Below are positions 24,434 through 37,099 of a DNA stretch of 64,000 nucleotides, piece after piece; the first letter of the stretch is position 1, and each line of letters opens with the position of its first letter. Under the pieces are notes generated by a model. It saw only the letters and a program-made list of their open reading frames with translations, ran no database searches and was not told where the DNA came from. Origin of the DNA: Diplonema japonicum (lineage: Eukaryota > Protista > Euglenozoa: Diplonemea); contig OZ025738.1 of NCBI GenBank assembly GCA_964019335.1, forward strand, positions 186,001-250,000, given 5' to 3'. The translations under genes and the position numbers were made by a program.

Positions 24434-24964
24434 TTATTTCTTTTTTTTTCCCATGGAAACTGGTCCAAGACTTTTGGTTTGAATGGACTTTCTTTTTTCC
24501 TTCCCCCCCCCCCCATACATCAATGCCCAGGCAGCCCCGAGCATGCTCGCGCTGTGAAGAACCTCATTGAAGACCGACTGCAATAAGACAAACCAGATGC
24601 ATCCGGTCACACCAACGACCAAAAGGACTCTGATCGGTGGGCGTTGAAAACTATTTGAAAACATGGCGCAAATGATGAACAAGAGGGAGACCATGGCCGT
24701 GTCCTTCGCATCCTGATAGTAGTCTGCCACTCCAGCGGACAAGGCAATGTACTTGAGGAACACATCGAAGGGTTCATGGCTGGCCCCGAAGAAGATCAAA
24801 AAATAGCCGTACCAGATGGACGTATAGCGATTCATCGTAAGCCATTGCTCTTCTTCCAGCACAATATTCATATCTAGCGCATTGCAAGTGTCATATAGAA
24901 CTGCCGTTACCAGCTGAGCAACCCCTAAAAACACTTCAAAATACCTCCTCCACGCAACTGTCAT
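24434..24964 (-). CDS. Multi-pass membrane protein, weakly TMEM8/CREST-like; probably lacks its first exon in the ORF track
   Basis: About 6 hydrophobic segments; FEVF...AVLYDTC and LHSA resemble CREST motifs, but His residues are partly lost. Confidence 0.45.
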   Translation of the reverse strand: MTVAWRRYFEVFLGVAQLVTAVLYDTCNALDMNIVLEEEQWLTMNRYTSIWYGYFLIFFGASHEPFDVFLKYIALSAGVADYYQDAKDTAMVSLLFIICAMFSNSFQRPPIRVLLVVGVTGCIWFVLLQSVFNEVLHSASMLGAAWALMYGGGGKEKRKSIQTKSLGPVSMGKKKK

Positions 24965-25544
24965 CTTCGGAGGCGACTGAAATGATATTGTAGAAAAAGA
25001 TTATTTAGAAAAAATAAAAAAAAAAAAAAGAAATCCCACAGTAGAAGGACAAAAATATATGAAAAATAACACAAAAGGGGAGAGAATACGCACTGTGTGT
25101 ATTATTCCTTTTTTTTTTGCTTGGACAAGTCACAAGACTCGTTCTTGCAAAAGAAAAAACGTGATCCATCGTAAGCTCAACAAAAAAGAAAAAGGCTGAT
25201 TTCTATTATTTCGCAACTTGATGCAGCAGATGCCCTTTTAACTCAACATGCTTGCACTTATGAAAGCTAGCATATCTTGCACTAGTATTACCTGGAAAGG
25301 CAGACCAACGTACAACTACTTTCAAAGACACTTTGAGGAAAGCCAGCAAGTTAAACAGGTAACTGAATAAAAAGCGAAAAAAAAAAACATAGCCTGCACG
25401 TTATGACTTGTCCCGCTAAACAGGTAAGTGTATCTCTTCACAGATCCAATGGCTTGTTCGCAGTCTGAGAGAGTGCAATCTCTCCGACGGTGCGTGAAGT
25501 ACCCGATGTCAGCGTCACTGCCGTGGTCACATTAATATGCAAGC

Positions 25545-28500
25545 TCACCCACCCAAAACAGCCCTGAGCATCTTCGTGATGCCAGTCTCCTTCATGATTG
25601 TAGCGAAGGCCTTACCAATACCCGACTTGAGGAAGGTCTTCGCGATGGGGTCAGCAAAGGTGAGGACAAGAAGCTTCGTTGGCTCGTTCAAGACGATGTC
25701 CTGTATGAAGGCGATGGCGCAGCCTGTGAAGAAGCTCTTTTGGGTCTCCTGCTCCCAGCGCAAGGCCTCCGTGAAGAAGATGGTCATGGAAGCGAGCTGT
25801 ATGAAGAAGGCGAGGGCGTAGGCGAGGTAGGTCACGTAGTGCGGTAGGTGCTGTGGGAGGAGGCCCCCTTTCTTCAGCTGGTACGACCGCAGTACCACGA
25901 GCCACCCTACCAGAAGGAACACGAGAGGAGCCAACCACTGCTCTGTCCCGCCCACCTCCACCTTGCTCCCTTCCCTCCGAATGGACGGTTGTATCTCCAA
26001 GCAGGCGAACAAGCACCCAGACCACTGCAGCACGAACACAACGGACCCGAGGTGCCCCATGCTGTACCTCTGGTAAATCACCCACCAGCACCCCAATGCC
26101 GCCACAATCTGCACGCAGCTCGCCCCTGCCCCTGCCCACCACTCCACCTCGTAGTACAGATACAGCACAATGAACAAATGCACCGACCAGAAGACCGACA
26201 GCACCATGGGGAGAAGCCGCGGGCGCCACGAGTTCACCCCGAGCGACACGAAGATCATCGCCCACAGGAACAACAAGGCCACACCGATCCCAACCTCTCC
26301 AGAGTCTATCATCAGCACGCACCCGTACATCCCCAGTGACATCAGCAGCAGTACCACAGCCTTCGCGAGCTGGAAAAAATACGTTGCGAAGCTCAGGAAC
26401 AACAGTACTGCCAAAACAAGTGGCCACCACTTGTAGCCGATCAAGAAGACAATTCCAACGTGCACCAGAGTTAGGAAGATGATGAATCTCATGGACTGCT
26501 TAGCTTCACTGTTTGCCCGTTGGCAAAGGGTCAGCTCCTGTTCCTCTTCCTCATTCATCGAACTTTCCGTGCCTGTTTCATTGTCAGACACCGCAGGCAG
26601 CGCGACTTGCTTACCGCCTTGACGCATTGTGGGGGACATCGGTGTTGTCTCGTTCTCTAGGAACACGGGCTTCATTGAGCTGCACACAGCAGGGCTGCTC
26701 CGTCCAGTGCTGAAGATGGGGCTCATCCGCCTTGAGAAATTGGGATCGTCCTTTTCCATCTCTTTCTCTTTCTCTTCTTCTCTCTTTTTCGCCTTCCACC
26801 ACTCCTTGTGTGAAATGGACTTGTACTCAGGTGTGCTGTACTGTGTGTATTCGCAAATGAGGCGTATCTCAGGGTTCCGCCCCTGCTTCTTGCTCAGCTC
26901 GTCAGGGATCTGATACCAGCAGTCAAGGGACGCTGTTGCCGATGAGTCGTCACGGACAATGCAATCGATGATGTCCTGCATGGAAATGCTGAGCGACGCC
27001 ACAAGGTTCTCCGTGCTTGTGTCCTGCAGACCGTCGTCGTCGTACACGTTCACCACCACCACAGACTCCTTCTCCTCCCGCACGGGGTAGCTCACCACAC
27101 AGCTCCCATCGAACACAGGGTTCGGGTCGTCCCACACGGTCACAGACTTCCACACACGGCACTCGCTCTCCACAAGAACGAAGCAGTCGGGGACGTCGTC
27201 CATCACTTCCCCTCGGATGGGCAGGTCCCTTGCCTGCACCACCCGCACATTCAGCTCCCCCAGAATGGGGTACTCGGGGTACGGGTCGAGCGCAGCCCAC
27301 GACCACAGCTGTTTGGTAGTGTGTTGTGTGCTTTTGAGGGAAACATACCACCGGGACCTTTTTCACCGCCCTCTTGAAAAGCAGCCCCAGCAGCACTGTT
27401 GTCGGGGTCATCATGCAAGCGGAGATGACCGCCACCATGATCGTCTTGGCGACAGTTCTGAATTAGATTTGTGATTGCTGACCACTTGTATTCTTCACAA
27501 GCATACCCATTCTCGCTCCTGCCGTGGAAGACAGCACAGATGAAGAAGACTGTGTTCATCGCTGCGAAGAGAACAGCAAGCCTCTGCGGGCGGGAGAACG
27601 TCTGTCCCGGAAGCCGGAACAAAACGCAGAACCACAAGTGTGCCCGGAGGGCTGTTGCAGCCTTCGAGGCAAATAAGTGAAGCTTATCACAGCAGGTCAT
27701 GCCGATTACTTCTTCCTCTGTAGCGGTAACGCTGACCTTTCGCATGCTAGAAAGGTTAGTCCCTGCGACTGACTTCCTTTTCTCAGGAAGACTACCAGGT
27801 ATTTCCATGTCCTCGAAGTCTATGTCGGTTTGGTTCGAATTGCTTTTCGTTTCTGTGTACACGTCAGACACCGACACGCACGGTGAAGGAACGGACTCGA
27901 AGCCAAGGTGGGCTCGCGTCAGCACAGGTGCAGAGTGCTCTTCATAATTGGGGCAAGTAGTTTGTTCCATAGCCTTTGGTGAAGACTCATGCCACTGTTT
28001 CTTTGCTTTTAAAGCAGGCGGCATGTGTATCCCTCCAAGTGCGGCCAAGTCCTCAGACACAATAGACACTACTCTCGGTGCCCGCTCACTCGGCATTTCT
28101 TGTGTTTTATAAATCTCTTTAGGTTTTCTATTGGCCTTGGGTGAATTCTCTTCTAGTGCAACAGATAGCCTCTGCGCTTTTTCTTTTGCTCTGATGGCAG
28201 GCGGCATGTCTAAGTCCTCAGACTCAACGGACATTATCCTTAACACCTTTTCTTTCGTTCTACTTTGTGCAAAAGGAGAGACATGAGACATCAGTCTTTT
28301 GTTTGCTTTCGGGGTGGAAAACTTCTCCACCACAATAGACTGCCGCAGCATGGATTCCTGCTTGCTGAACTCGAACCGTGCTACTTCCCTAACCATCTTG
28401 TTTAGCTCCATCGCTTGTTGTATCGCAGCTGCCTTTGCTTCTTCGAAGGTTTCACACGGCTTGTCTTTCTGATGCTGAAAGATGTGTGCTGCCATCAGGT

Positions 28501-31500
28501 AGTTCCCTTCCTTGCACTCGCGAACACCATCCTCCCACCTGAAGACGTGGCCAGCCGCCGCCATCTCCTCAATATCCAAAGCTTGTATCGAAGTCAGACG
28601 CTCGTGAAAGGGACTTCCTAAATCAGGTAATGTCCACTTGTTTCCAGACATGGCGAGTGCATTGTTTACCTTTTCCTCCTGCTTCAAACGAGCCCTTTCC
28701 GATGGCGCAGCTTTGCTGTTCGCGAGCCCAGCATCCTGCCGCCTGTCGTAGAAGTAGGTACCAACGAAGAGGATATAGTAGAGCAAGTAGAGTGTCCCCA
28801 CGACAGTGAGGGTGGGGATGTTCACCGCTGAGAGCTGCGTCCAGCTGTTGAAGTTCGAACTGCTGAAGAGCCGTTTCAGGTTTGTTGCGGGCATCACCTC
28901 AGAGGCAATGAAGGCCCCCACGGTCCCAAGCTTCGACCCCCCGGTCAGCTCTACAGTCCCGTTGTTGTTGTTGTTTCCCAGCACCACAGCCGCCCGGTAG
29001 GTCACGCTCCCCCCACACGAAGGGTTCTGCTGTGCAGTTGCCGTCAACAAGCCCTCCGAAAGAAACCCGTTCCACTGAAGGTCCTGACCCGATTCCCAGG
29101 AGCCTGTGGTCTCGTTCCACACGCGCAGGGCAATGTTGCACGGGTAAGGGTCCACGAACTCCGCGTCCACCGTGAAGTTCACCTTCATTGTCACAGCCTC
29201 ATTCGAGACCCCTCCTAAGGAGGAGACCCGTACCTGCACCACGTCCCCTGTCGAGGTCTCGTTGTTCCCGGGAACCGGGTACAGGTCCCCTGCTGCCGCC
29301 TTCACGAGGACACGCCCTCCCCCTGACAGCCCAGGAAGTGCCACAGAGGTTGTTGAGTTCTCCAGTCGCACTGTTGCCGTTCCTGATGTCGCTTCACCGA
29401 TCGTCGTCACCGCTATCTTCAAAACTGTCCCCGAGAAGCTGATGTCCCCCGTCCCGTTATGAGCAAGGAGGGATGAAGCCAGACTGTCCGTCAACGCCAC
29501 CACAGACTCCTTCGCTTCCCCTGTCGCTGAGAGCGTCCCGAGCCCGTCCACCGCCTGCAGCACCCGTCCTACATCGCCAGCGGTCCCGTTCTCAATCGCT
29601 GTCTGCCCGAGCTGCTCCACCACCTGTGCTGCCCCCACCACTTCTGCGCTCACCTCCTCCGCCGTCCCCGAGCCGGTCCCGGTCCCAATCTGAGAAACGA
29701 TCGACTCTGCCGCGGTGGTCGCCTCCCCAGGTGAAGTGATCACTTCGACAGTGCCCCGGAAGGTCTGAGAAGTGATCCAGTTGTTGCTGTTGCTGCTGCC
29801 GCTGCCAACACCTCCGCCTGTCCCCTGCACACCAACCTGGATCACGAGGTCTCCCTCCGGTAGGGCATTCAGAGAGAAGGAGGCGACCCTCGTGTGCCTC
29901 ACAACCACCCCGTCCACCGCCACCACGTACTGCGCCTCCGAAGACGACCCAAGGAACCACTCGTCGTAGTCAAAGCTCACCTTCGTCCCAACAGTGAGGT
30001 TCACGAGGGGGGGCGTGAATATGATCACCGAGAGCTGCTTCGGAACGAACACACGGAAGGAGTCGCTACCCCCGCCTGTTCCCATGCTGTCTATCCCGCA
30101 CAACAGAGAGCCTCCCGTGTTCCCCATCGTGGCCCCAAGGTCCACTTCTAAATACATTGTCGTCTTGCTCACAGCAAGGCCGACAGCTGAAAAAGAAGAA
30201 GAAGCAGAACTAGAACCATAATAACCGTTGCACTGAACCACTATCTCGTTCTTCGACACACCAACACAAAAAAGCGCCGCCGTGTGCAAGGCCTCCATCC
30301 TGCGAACAAGATCCAAGGCCGCAGGAACAGACCAGCTTGCGAGGAGCAAGGGGTCCACCACCACGTCCGCCCGACCCAACGAAGTGTCCAGAAAGACCAC
30401 AGACAGGGCCCCCGAGTCAGAAGAAGAAGAGAGCCCCAGCTCCGAAGCGAGAAGCCCTTGGACATCGCCGACTGAGGAGAGCTGCTGGCCCACTATGCTG
30501 AAGTGCGCAACGAGGGGCGTGAACACGCCGTCCGCCGACAAGAGAACCCGCTGACGCTCCCCCACAGGGCTTGCCACGAATACCTCCTTCCCGAATACAC
30601 GAACCTGCTGCTGCTGCTGTGAAGGGGAATAACCCTTCACCTCTGACATCGTGGAGGAAGGGGCAGAGAATGGCGCAGGAGTTGCCGGAGACACAGTTTT
30701 GGGGAAACTCGTCGCGGGGGAAGGGGTGGAAGGAGCACCCGTTGTGAATGGAACAGTTGTCGGCACCGCTGTGTGCAGCGAAGGTGACTGGGAAGGAAGC
30801 TGTGTGGGTGCAAGTGTTGGAGGAACCAAGGTCGAAGGGGACACAGACGCGACAGGTGTCGGGGCGGGGCTTTGCGGTGCAACTGTTGGGGCAAGGGTCG
30901 TGGGCGGTGAAGGAGTTGGAGCGGTTGTCGAAGGTGCAGGGGTCGAGGGAGCAGGGGTCGAAGGTGCAGGAGTTGATGGAGCAGGGGTCGAGGGAGCAGG
31001 AGTCGAAGGTACAGAGGTTGAAGGTGCAGGGGTCGAAGGTGATGGGGTGGGGACCGGTGTTGGGGCAGGGGTCGAGAATGCAGAGGTTGAGGGGGCAGGG
31101 GTAGAAGGCGCAAGAGTTGATGGAGCAGGGGTCGGAACAGAAGTTGATGGAGCAGGAGTCGAAGGTGCAGAGGTTGTAGGTGCAGGGGTCGAAGGTAATG
31201 GGGGGACCGGTGTTGGGGCAGGGGTCGAGGGAGCGGGCGTCGAAGGTACAGAGGTTGAGGGAGCAGGAGTCGAAGGTGCAGGGGTCGAAAGTGCAGAGGT
31301 TGTAGGTGCAGAAGTTGAAGGTGCAGGAGTCGAGGGAGCGGGCGTCGAAGGTACAGAAGTTGAGGGAGCAGGGGTCGAGGGAGCAGGGGTTGAAGGTACA
31401 GGGGTCGAGGGAGCAGGAGTCGAAGGTACAGAAGTTGAAGGTGCAGGAGTCGAGGGAGCAGGAGTCGAAGGTGCAGAGGTTGAAGGTGCAGGGGTCGAGG

Positions 31501-32925
31501 GAGCAGGAGTCGAAGGTGCAGGAGTCGAGGGAGCAGGGGTCGAAGGTACAGAGGTTGAAGGTGCAGGAGTCGAGGGAGCAGGGGTCGAGGGAGCAAGAGT
31601 CGAAGGTACAGAGGTTGAGGGAGCAGGAGTCGAAGGTGCAGAGGTTGAAGGTGCAGGGGTCGAGGGAGCAGGAGTCGCAGGAGTCGAGGGAGCAGGGGTC
31701 GAAGGTACAGAGGTTGAAGGTGCAGGAGTCGAGGGAGCAGGGGTCGAGGGAGCAGGAGTCGAAGGTACAGAGGTTGAGGGAGCAGGAGTCGAAGGTGCAG
31801 GGGTCGAGGGAGCAGGAGTCGAAGGTGCAGGAGTCGAGGGAGCAGGGGTCGAAGGAGCAGAGGTTGAAGGTGCAGGGGTCGAAGGTGCAGGAGTCGAGGG
31901 AGCAGGAGTCGAGGGAGCAGGAGTCGAAGGTGCAGGAGTCGAGGGAGCAGGAGTCGAGGGAGCAGGGGTCGAAGGTGCAGGAGTCGAGGGTGCAGGAGTC
32001 GAGGGTGCAGGAGTCGAAGGTGCAGGAGTCGAGGGAGCAGGGGTCGAAGGAACTGGGGTTGGTGATGGGGTGGTTGATGAAGAGGCCCTGTGTGATTAAT
32101 GTAGCTGGTTATAATAACATACGAAGCGATGGCCATCTGTGCTGAGGTGCAGGCGGACGAGGTCGCGCAGACAACATGAGTAAGGTCTCCCGAAGGCTCC
32201 GAAGCAAGACCTGTGCATGCACTGTCAACAGCACACATCAAGCCACAAAAATACGAACCACCTGAAGTTACACTTGCTGGGCATGTATAAGTGAGACCGG
32301 AGCATGCATCAGTCGACATGCATTTGAGAATGCTGCCGATGTCTGACGAAGCTGATGAGGTGATTGCGGCTTTGGAACAGGCGGTGGTCCCTGAGCAGAC
32401 CACCGCGCCAGTGCCAGAAGTCCCGAGCGTGTATTTTATTTTTTCGCAGGCATTGGTTCCTGTGCAAGTCACGTCGCACGACTTACCAGTAGGGCACGCA
32501 ACTGTCACATCAGAGCAAGCTGTATCGGCCCCACAAACCAGCTCGAGTGTTCCCCCGCTCCCTTGCTGGGTGATGGTAAGCTTCGAACACGAGCTTTGAC
32601 CGCTGCAGGTGATGGTGCACGCCCCGCTTGTGGGGCAGTTAATGGTGGACTTGCTACAGGCACTCGTATCACTACAAGTCAAAGTGCAGTCACCAGTACT
32701 TGGACAGGTGAGTACTAACTTTTCACAGCTACTTGCAGCGCTGCATGAGGTCGTGCAGCTGTATGAAGAGTCACAAGTGGCGGCACACTTGGTGCAAGCG
32801 GAGCTGCTGGAGCATAACAATGCCTCACTTGCAGAAGAAGAGAAGGTGACTGACGACGAGCAGCCAGCGATGTCAGCAGCAGCAAAGTACACACATGTCA
32901 GCACAACAGCGACCGTTCGCACCAT
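25545..32925 (-). CDS. Polycystin-1 (PKD1)-like surface receptor with C2 domain; 4 exons (32925-32123, 32087-27507, 27457-27349, 27308-25545), ~2418 aa
   Basis: Signal peptide, Cys-rich repeats, STPAP mucin stalk, GPS-like VWNETTGSW, a TM helix, PKD1-like HLWF..LFR.P...FSRPQRL, a C2 domain (LNVRVVQARDL...PDCFV...NPVF...VYDDD) and many TMs. Three GT-AG introns (35, 49, 40 nt) join four ORF-track ORFs in frame. Confidence 0.8.
30850..32070 (-). repeat. 15-nt coding minisatellite (STPAP/STSAP pentapeptides)
   Basis: Tandem GGAGTCGAGGGAGCA-type units. Confidence 0.95.
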
Positions 32926-33374
32926 GCCCCCACCCCTCTGTGGCTGAGAATTCGAAAAGTAGTATACGATTGCTTTTAACCTTCCATATTCGCTAAGTGA
33001 CCGACCAGAACTCGCATTTTGAAGAGCTAAAAAAATTTCTAATTGCTTTTTCTAGGGCTGGAATGGATTTCTTTGCGTCCGGGGCCCAATGTCCGACATA
33101 TGGAACTTTTTTTTGTAATAAAAATTTTTTTGGTGATTTGCCTTACTTTTTTATTTTAAATTCCACTTCCTTTTCGACTTGCTAAGGCCGCACCCTAGGT
33201 GGGTTGGAAGTGTCTCGAGACGCTCAACCGGTTGCCCGGGTACTCATGACCGTACTGGTGTTCTCATTCCACAAGCTTTGCTGGTTGTTTGGCACTGTTA
33301 CTTTGTACTATACAAAATGAAGCAGCTCCGGTGGAAAAAACACAACAAGTGGGGTTCGAACCTGACGAAAAAAA

Positions 33375-33450
33375 CCACTGTGGGATTCGAACCCGCGACT
33401 CCTGGAACAAGGGGGCTTGACAGGTGAGCACGGTGACCACTCTACCACAC
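33375..33450 (-). ncRNA. tRNA-derived (Asp-like) element or tRNA pseudogene/SINE head
   Basis: A box TGGTAGAGTGG, CTGTCAA anticodon-like loop, B box GGTTCGAATCC, then a T run. The stems do not form a clean cloverleaf. Confidence 0.6.
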
Positions 33451-33599
33451 AAAAATTCAAAACTCTGACCCCCCATCTTTACTCACGCATCCGGCACAGT
33501 GAGTGGAGTAGGTTCCCTTCTTTCCACACTGCATATCCTCCACGATACACACTCACGACGTGCCTCAGCCCATCAACACTGTGATGAATAAACACAGAA

Positions 33600-34085
33600 T
33601 AAGAGATAAAGGAGGTTCCTGTTCTGGAACGTCCTTGTCTACTTATCTCTACTTATCTACCCCTTTCTCCCGGCCTCGCCTTTCTTTCTTTTTCGGCTGT
33701 TGCCTTTCTCTGTAAATATATTCTTCTGACTCTCCGCCGGGAAGATTCGCTTGCCTCTGACCTTCTTCTGTACGCATGCTGTCCCACCTGCCTCTTTCTG
33801 TACCAGATCACCCTGCTTCCCCGTGATCGGCTCGACGCCCAGCATGTTCTCGAAGTCTAGTACGAGTTCCATTGTGGTGACTGTCGTCTTCCTCGGCCCG
33901 TCGTACAACTTGAGCTACTTAATGATGTCTTCTCCGTGCTTCATCATCAGGCTCCCGCTCACATGCTTCTTCAGCTCCTACCACTCAGGTGGTGCGCATG
34001 AGCGTTTCCTTCCGTTAGCTGTTCCAGGGGTGCGTTTCCAGCATTCTCTTGTCCTGGAGAAGCCGGTCTCGTTTTGCCACCATTT
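33600..34085 (-). mobile_element. 3' fragment of a non-LTR retrotransposon
   Basis: VTTMELVLDFENMLG...GKRIFPAE motif. Confidence 0.65.
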
Positions 34086-34089
34086 CCAG

Positions 34090-34174
34090 CAAGTTGTACT
34101 GCGTCTCAAGTTGTACTGCGTCTCAAGTTGTACTGCGTCTCAAGTTGTACTCCGTCTCAAGTTGTACTCCGTCT
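34090..34174. repeat. Tandem repeat, 5 x 17 bp (CAAGTTGTACTSCGTCT)
   Basis: Contiguous units with no spacers. Confidence 0.95.
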
Positions 34175-34875
34175 TCCTCAGCCGGTGTTGGTGTGATCGG
34201 TGACCAGCACAGAATAATGATGAAAAGAAACTAGTACACTGAAGAGTAGGGGGGCTCACTATTCTGGGTCACCAGAAAAATCTGTTGTTTCTTCAGACGC
34301 TTGAACCACCCGAAGTAGAACAGCAGGAAGGGAGGAGGAGGAAAAAGGGGGAGGAGGAGGTACTGATGTCTTCTTCTTTACTTCTGTTGTCGCTACTGTC
34401 TGGGTTGCCATCCTTTGTTTTTGCCTGCATATGGCACTTCCACTCCGTCGCTCTGAGCTCCCACTTCTTGCCCTCTTTTGTGTAGTGGACCCGGTAGTGG
34501 AGCTCCTTGTGGCTGTACTCCGCTATCGCGATCCTGTCCATCTGGAGTCCTCGTTGTCTGAGGCTCTCTGCTGGCTGGAAGGGCTTGCTTGGTCTTTCCC
34601 TTCGAGTTGCCCGTGTACTCTCAGCAGCGGAAGTATTCTCCCGTCGTCACTGCTTGTTTCATAGTCTGTCTCCGTTCCGTCTTCAGGCTGGTTGTCGGGC
34701 CAGGCGCATGCGGGTCAAGGATCTCCCAACGCAAACGTGACCGGTGATCGGTGTAATTCCCACATAAGTACCTTCCAAGCAGAAATAACTTCTGCCCCAA
34801 AGGCAACGTCACTTTCAGGTGGACGGCGTAGACGCGCATCTGTCTCTTCAACTATAAAATCCCCTGAAAAAAGGT

Positions 34876-34949
34876 GACTGACATCCTCAAGAGGAGCCTC
34901 CCACGTACCAGGAATTAAGCAGAGGTTGCTTCCATGGCCCGTATCAGTC
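34876..34949 (-). ncRNA. Structured RNA motif, type 2 (PLE family 2 3' region)
   Basis: GACUGA/UCAGUC closing stem, a long hairpin with loop ACCUC, a GGGAGG junction and a UCCU-CUUG-AGGA hairpin. Other copies at 36845-36918 and 50583-50656; partial copies at 23070-23093 and 56437-56477. Confidence 0.75.
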
Positions 34950-36734
34950 TATCGCCGGAAAGAATAATGAAAATAACGGAACGAAGTGAAAAAGGAAAAG
35001 AGAAAAGACGGCCTGGTCGCCAGGAAGTGCTGGTTCAGACGCGTCGGCGGACTCCTAGGTGCAGGGCACAGCCCTCCCAACTAGACCACCCTGGTCTTCG
35101 AAAACATTTTCCGCTGAACTACTGGTCAGGAAGATTTAAAGGGAAGAGTGCCCAGGTGCAAAAGTTTGGCAAAAATGGCCAAAACTCAAAATGGCGACTT
35201 CCAAGGTCATTTTGGTTGGCCCCCAAAAAACTTTTTTTGGAAAATCCTTTTTGGAACTTCCTTGGAACTCACCGTTCTCTCATGACATATGGATTTTTTG
35301 AAAAAAAAAATTCAATGAACCTTTGAGCATTTTTGACATTTTTTCCCCTATAGCCCCCTATAACCCCTTTGGGACATAGGGCAGGTCACTTAGCGAATAT
35401 AGAAGGTAAATAAAAATAAAATTCACTATGATAGGAACGAAGTGGTTAGCAACGGCCCGCCCATAAAAACCCATAAAAAGAACAAGCCAAATTCGGCACA
35501 TGACCGGAAAGACTGTTTCCGGAAGCTTTCTTCTTTTTTCTTTCTTGGCACTAACCACCTCGTGAAATCGCCAAAATAAAGCACCAATATCATTGTTTCG
35601 TAGATACTCCCTTCTGTTTGGACACGTCACAAAGACCTCGTTCTTCTTAAAGATAATGCGCTTTCCGTAAGGGCATAAGTTCTTCTGTTTTCGATCGATT
35701 GTGAGTCATATCTGGTGTGTACTGTTCCACGGCGTGTTGTTGAAGTCGAGGATGAGGGCGAACCGGACAAACCTCATGTGATCTCCGAGCTCCTCCGTGG
35801 TTTTAGGCTCCTCGCCGGGCATGTGCTTGCAGATTCTTCCTTCGCGGGCTCTGCTTGCCATTCGACGGTGTCGATGTACTTCGGCCTGGCCGCTTTGGCT
35901 TGCAGGGCATTCTAGGAGAAGGTGTTAGAGGTTGTGGGTGTTTTTTTTTTTTTTTTTTTAAATTGGGGTTTTCTTCTTTTATTCTTTTTTTAAATCAGAC
36001 ACAGATGTGCTTTTTGTTCTTTGAGTGACGCTTCATGTGAAAGAAGACCTGTGCAGGTTTGGCAGGGGTGGCTATTACCTGAACCTTTCCTCCTTTGCAA
36101 GTGCGCTGCTCGTAGTTGTCCTTCAACAGCTCAATGAAGCTCAGCAATGGAAAGATTGGTCAGCGAACTCAAGCAATACTAGTATGACGCTTCCTTAGCT
36201 TTTGTGTCCAGCTGCTCCGCACGGGGGGCCCAGTTTTGCGTTGCTACCCAAACTCTCTCCCGTCTTCCATCCGAACTATTTTTTCTTTCTTTTATATATA
36301 ACTCATAATACGCACTGTTGCTCTTGGGACGCTTCTTGGACCTGTGCCCTCACACGCATGTAGGCTCTTCATCTTCTTTTTACGGCGAGCAACCACCCGC
36401 ACACCGAAATTTATCAAATTTTACTTTTTCTCGGTCCTATTTTTTCTGTTTTGTGTTTTTACTGTGTGTTTGTTACGAAAGGGTTGAAAATAAAAAAATA
36501 AAAAAAAAAAACAGACTCAAAATATTCAGAAAAAAAAAAAAAAAAAAAAGAAAAGAAAGAAAAGGAAGGAAATGACTTAGTTTACTTCAAATAAAACCGC
36601 CCACATTTGTTTTCCTGTTTTCTTTCTTTTGTTTTCTTTTTCCCTAACTTGCATCACGAAGTCTAACATTGGGGGAAATGGGCGGGTTTTGGGGGGGTTG
36701 CCATCCTTAGATGTGGTTGCGCTTCTCAGGCACC

Positions 36735-36955
36735 TGAAATGATTTTAAGTTAGAATAGAGAAGCGAAAAAATAGATAAAAAGGGGTGGAAAAGAATAAAT
36801 ACTGCATACGAAAACAGAGAGTCGAATAAAAAAGGGAAAAAGGTGACTGACATCCTCAAGGGGAGCCTCCCACGTACCAGGAATTAAGCAGAGGTTGCTT
36901 CCATGGCCCGTATCAGTCTATCGCCGGAAAGAATAATGAAAATAACGGAACGAAG
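36735..36955 (-). mobile_element. 5'-truncated retrocopy of the PLE family 2 3' end with a 17-bp target-site duplication
   Basis: Matches 50472-50696; flanked by TGCGCTTCTCAGGCACC at 36718-36734 and 36956-36972. Confidence 0.85.
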
Positions 36956-37099
36956 TGCGCTTCTCAGGCACCCTCTCCTGAATCGAACCCTAATTCCTTG
37001 TTAGTGCTTCAGCTGCTTGTAAACCACTTCTAGACGCCCACCGTAAAACTGAAAAAGAATGGGAAATGATTACCAGAAAAAAAAAAAAAAAGAGAACTA

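Noticed and set aside
27251-27510. Programmed frameshifting or pseudogenisation in the receptor gene
   Set aside because: Canonical GT-AG introns explain every frame change
30651-32145. Plus-strand GAGVE-repeat ORFs and the minus-strand LLPRL frame
   Set aside because: These are shadow frames of the STPAP minisatellite; the 35-nt intron selects the STPAP frame
34090-34174. Possible CRISPR array
   Set aside because: The 17-bp units are contiguous, with no unique spacers and no cas genes
34876-34949. Assignment of the RNA motif to HDV-like, twister, pistol, hammerhead or SECIS classes
   Set aside because: Helix order and core nucleotides do not fit those consensus models by eye; cmscan is needed to be definitive
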